Source: an uncultured Bacteroidota bacterium
GTDB lineage: Bacteria > Bacteroidota > Bacteroidia > B-17B0 > Aurantibacillaceae
Length of the DNA: 38,642 nucleotides
NCBI GenBank assembly: GCA_937868565.1
Contig: CALMND010000522.1
Coordinates: forward strand, 1 to 38,642
Direction of reading: 5' to 3'
Shown: positions 35,432-38,642 of the stretch, piece by piece
Position numbering within the stretch: position 1 is the first letter of the stretch
How the letters are laid out: every line of letters begins with the position of its first letter
The notes under the pieces: model-generated
The model's database searches: none
What the model was told of the DNA's origin: nothing
The model's input: the letters and a program-made list of their open reading frames with translations, nothing else
Made by a program: the position numbers and the translations under genes

Positions 35432-35674
35432 AGTTTTAGGTGCAAATATTATTTTTATAGCGACGTATTCATTTAAAATCGGGCACAAAACTAAGGAAAC
35501 TATTTTTGTCTTGCAAGTTTCCGTGTGTAAAAATGACCATTCGTGTATATTGATAACGTTTATTTCATATACCACACACGCTATTTTGGTCAATTTTTGA
35601 TTCCTACTTAAGACAACTATCTCTGTATTTACCCTTATGGGAAAATAAAAAAACGTAAAAACAGCCTTTTTTAG

Positions 35675-35682
35675 TAAGTTTG
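35675..35682 (+). promoter_or_regulatory. -7 element (TAAGTTTG) for hisS-hutH
   Basis: Matches TAnnTTTG 20 nt upstream of ATG 35703. Confidence 0.55.
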
Positions 35683-35702
35683 CCTTTTAATTGTAATTTT
35701 AA

Positions 35703-37121
35703 ATGAAACCGTCCATTCCTAGAGGAACCAGAGATTTTGGACCTGCAGAAATGCAGAAAAGGCAATTTATTCTCAATATTATTCGAAAAAACTTTGAACT
35801 CTTTGGTTATCAGGCTATTGAAACTCCAGCGATGGAGAATATTTCGACTTTAACCGGAAAATATGGTGAAGAAGGAGACCAGTTAATTTTTAAAATACTC
35901 AACAGCCGTATTCACGAAAATAAAAACAAGGACCTATTAAAGAAAGAGTTTGATCTTTCTTTGGAATCTTCCCGCAATTCAGAAGAACTCACTGAAAAAG
36001 CCCTTCGCTACGATCTCACCGTGCCCTTTGCGCGTTTTGTGGTCATGAATCAGCACCAACTTAGTTTTCCATTTAAACGTTATCAAATACAGCCCGTGTG
36101 GCGCGCCGACCGTCCGCAAAAAGGCCGTTACCGTGAATTTTACCAATGCGATGCGGATGTGATTGGAAGCGATTCGTTGGTAAATGAGTTGGAATTGATT
36201 TCTTTAATGGATAAATGTTTTTCGGAGCTGAATGTGCAAATTACACTTAAGGTAAATAATAGAAAAATATTGGCGGGAATGGCTGAGGTTGTTGGGGCAG
36301 CAGATAGAATGATGGATATAGCAGTTGCAATCGACAAGATTGATAAAATAGGACCGAATGGTGTTCATAAAGAATTGTCCGATAAAGGGTTTACTCTTGA
36401 ACAAATTCAACTTCTGTTTTCTGCTTTTTTTATTCAGACCACGGACTTTAAAGACTTTGAACCGTTAGCTAATATAAAAGAGAAATTAAATTACCTTAAG
36501 GAAGAATCAAAGTATAAAGGCTCACTCGTTTTTCAAAAGGGAATAGAAGAATTGGAATACATTATGTATAACTCTAATGTTTCTCATCTTAAATTTGAAT
36601 TAGATATTTCTTTAGCCCGTGGGCTCAACTATTATACCGGAACAATTTTTGAAGTAAAAGCCAATGCGGGAACATTTACTCCCAGCATTTTGGGAGGTGG
36701 CCGTTACGACGACCTCACTGGTATTTTTGGCCTGCCTAACATGAGCGGCGTGGGTATTTCTTTTGGAGTTGACCGTATTTACGATGTAATGGAAGAATTG
36801 AATTTGTTTCCGGAAAATATTAGCAAAACAGCTTCCTGTAAACTATTATTTAGCCATTTTGATTTAGAAACACAAAACCACAGTTTGGCTTTAGCAGCTC
36901 AATTGCGTACTAATAATATTTCCTGCGAAGTGTATCCCGACATAACAAAAAAATTGGGCAAACAATTTGATTATGCTAACAAAAAAAATATTCCTTTTGT
37001 ATGCACTGTTGGAAGCAATGAAATAACAAGCGGGGAGTATTCGGTAAAAAATATGCAAAGCGGTGAACAGGAAAAAATGACACTTAGCCTCTTGTTAGAA
37101 AGATTAAAGAAAGGACAATGA
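35703..37121 (+). CDS. hisS: Histidine--tRNA ligase
   Basis: PRGTRDF, LRYDLTVPFAR, WRADRPQKGRYREFYQCD, LARGLNYYTG, GGGRYD, GISFGVDR. Confidence 0.97.
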   Translation: MKPSIPRGTRDFGPAEMQKRQFILNIIRKNFELFGYQAIETPAMENISTLTGKYGEEGDQLIFKILNSRIHENKNKDLLKKEFDLSLESSRNSEELTEKALRYDLTVPFARFVVMNQHQLSFPFKRYQIQPVWRADRPQKGRYREFYQCDADVIGSDSLVNELELISLMDKCFSELNVQITLKVNNRKILAGMAEVVGAADRMMDIAVAIDKIDKIGPNGVHKELSDKGFTLEQIQLLFSAFFIQTTDFKDFEPLANIKEKLNYLKEESKYKGSLVFQKGIEELEYIMYNSNVSHLKFELDISLARGLNYYTGTIFEVKANAGTFTPSILGGGRYDDLTGIFGLPNMSGVGISFGVDRIYDVMEELNLFPENISKTASCKLLFSHFDLETQNHSLALAAQLRTNNISCEVYPDITKKLGKQFDYANKKNIPFVCTVGSNEITSGEYSVKNMQSGEQEKMTLSLLLERLKKGQ

Positions 37122-38617
37122 TATTTATAATTGACCATACAAAAAGACTTAGTATTGCTACCCTCAAAGAATTTTTAGAGGACAAAAACGCAACCGTACA
37201 ACTTTCTGAAGCGAGTAAAAGTGCCATATTACAATGTCGTAATTATCTGGATGAAAAAATAAAAAAAAGTGGAGCGCCTATTTATGGGATTAATACCGGC
37301 TTTGGCTCCTTGTGTAATGTCATCATTGCTGATAATCAAATAGAACAACTTCAGGAAAACCTTGTTAAAAGCCACGCCTGCGGCATGGGTCATGAAGTGC
37401 CTCAGGATATTGTGAAACTCATGCTGTTTCTTAAGATACAATCACTGTCTTACGGCAAAAGTGGAGTGCAATTGCTTACCGTTGAGCGTTTGTGCGATTT
37501 TATCAACCATAAAATTTACCCCATTGTATATCAGCAGGGTTCTTTGGGTGCCAGCGGTGATTTAGCACCTTTGGCTCATTTAAGTCTCCCACTGCTGGGA
37601 ATGGGCAAAACAAATCATAACGGTTCTGTTATTGACGCAAGTGAAGTATTAAAACAATATCACCTTCGTCCTATTAAATTAAAGTCAAAAGAAGGGTTGG
37701 CTTTATTAAATGGTACGCAGTTTATGGGAGCTTATGGGGTTTATTGTTTAATAAAATCATTGCAACTCAATAAAGCGGCGGATGTTATCACCTCCGTTTC
37801 CATAGACGCTTTTGACGCGAAAATGGACCCTTTCAAAGACCAATTGCACACTATTCGTGCTCACACCGGGCAATTGCAAACCGCGCAGGCCATTCGTAAA
37901 AACCTGGAGGGAAGCGAAATAAACAAACAAGAAAAAAAACAGGTACAAGATCCTTATTCTTTTCGCTGTGTTCCGCAAGTACATGGCGCCACAAAAGATA
38001 CGGTAGCCTATGTAAGTTCCGTTTTTGAAACCGAGATTAATTCCGTTACTGACAACCCCACTATTTTTCCAGATGAAGATGAAATCCTAAGCGGAGGAAA
38101 TTTTCACGGACAGCCATTGGCTTTGGCCTTTGATTTTTTATGTATTGCTATGGCTGAGTTGGCGAATATATCCGAAAGAAGAACCTATCTGATGATTTCA
38201 GGCCAACGCGGATTACCTGCATTTTTAACGGCCAATCCCGGATTAAATTCGGGGTTCATGATTCCGCAATATACCGCAGCGAGTATTGTAAGTCAAAACA
38301 AACAACTATGCACCCCGGCCAGTGTGGACAGCATAGTTAGTAGCAACGGACAAGAAGACCATGTGAGTATGGGAGCCAATGCGGCAACCAAATGTTTGTC
38401 GGTAATTGAAAATGTAGAAAAAGTTTTATCGATAGAATTGTTGAATGCAACGCAAGCCATAGAATTCAGAAGGCCATTAAGATCTTCCGCAAAAGTTGAG
38501 CAATTAATGTCAGTTTACCGTAAAACAATACCATTTATGAAAGAAGATGGTTTGGTTTATGAATTGATGCATGCTTCTCAGGAGTTTATCAAAACTCATT
38601 TTAATGAGGAGCATTAA
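37118..38617 (+). CDS. hutH: Histidine ammonia-lyase
   Basis: YGINTGFG, KSHACG, MIO-forming GASGDLAPL, KEGLALLNGT, QDPYSFRC, GGNFHG, QEDHVSMG; ATGA overlap with hisS. Confidence 0.96.
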   Translation: MIFIIDHTKRLSIATLKEFLEDKNATVQLSEASKSAILQCRNYLDEKIKKSGAPIYGINTGFGSLCNVIIADNQIEQLQENLVKSHACGMGHEVPQDIVKLMLFLKIQSLSYGKSGVQLLTVERLCDFINHKIYPIVYQQGSLGASGDLAPLAHLSLPLLGMGKTNHNGSVIDASEVLKQYHLRPIKLKSKEGLALLNGTQFMGAYGVYCLIKSLQLNKAADVITSVSIDAFDAKMDPFKDQLHTIRAHTGQLQTAQAIRKNLEGSEINKQEKKQVQDPYSFRCVPQVHGATKDTVAYVSSVFETEINSVTDNPTIFPDEDEILSGGNFHGQPLALAFDFLCIAMAELANISERRTYLMISGQRGLPAFLTANPGLNSGFMIPQYTAASIVSQNKQLCTPASVDSIVSSNGQEDHVSMGANAATKCLSVIENVEKVLSIELLNATQAIEFRRPLRSSAKVEQLMSVYRKTIPFMKEDGLVYELMHASQEFIKTHFNEEH

Positions 38618-38642
38618 AATAAAAAATAAAACTTTCTTTTCT

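Noticed and set aside
35432-35593. 54-aa N-terminal extension of the TonB receptor in the ORF track
   Set aside because: Precedes a normal signal peptide at ATG 35431; likely non-coding.
1-38642. CRISPR arrays, tRNA/rRNA genes, IS elements, prophage or defence genes
   Set aside because: None recognisable by eye; intergenic gaps are short and lack such patterns. tRNAscan/Infernal were not run.

Overview
An AT-rich, gene-dense chromosomal segment from a Bacteroidota bacterium. The assignment rests on the fused lpxC-fabZ, a TonB-dependent receptor/DUF4249-like pair, a DUF4175-like protein and many TAnnTTTG '-7' promoter elements. It is mostly housekeeping: RsbW-like kinase, GH3-family protein, PolX-PHP, ispD, xth, membrane pyrophosphatase, an RprX/RprY-like two-component system, hemA, comM/yifB, holA, APC permease, ComEA-like protein, lpxC/fabZ, lpxA, ABC ATPase, hisS and hutH, with a few orphan lipoproteins in between. 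I saw no rRNA, tRNA, CRISPR array, integrase or transposase. The most notable observations are: (1) a K+-dependent membrane pyrophosphatase fused through a 5-Cys linker to a complete YceI domain, with the helix-5 Glu signature of H+-pumping rather than Na+-pumping enzymes; (2) a divergently transcribed SthA/Lpd-like flavoprotein lacking both redox cysteines but carrying a C-terminal Cys cluster; (3) a polX-PHP gene broken by two in-frame G>T nonsense codons 18 nt apart with no frameshift; (4) a Pho-box-like tandem repeat upstream of hemA; (5) probably leaderless regulator transcripts. All family calls come from motif recognition by eye; no searches were run.
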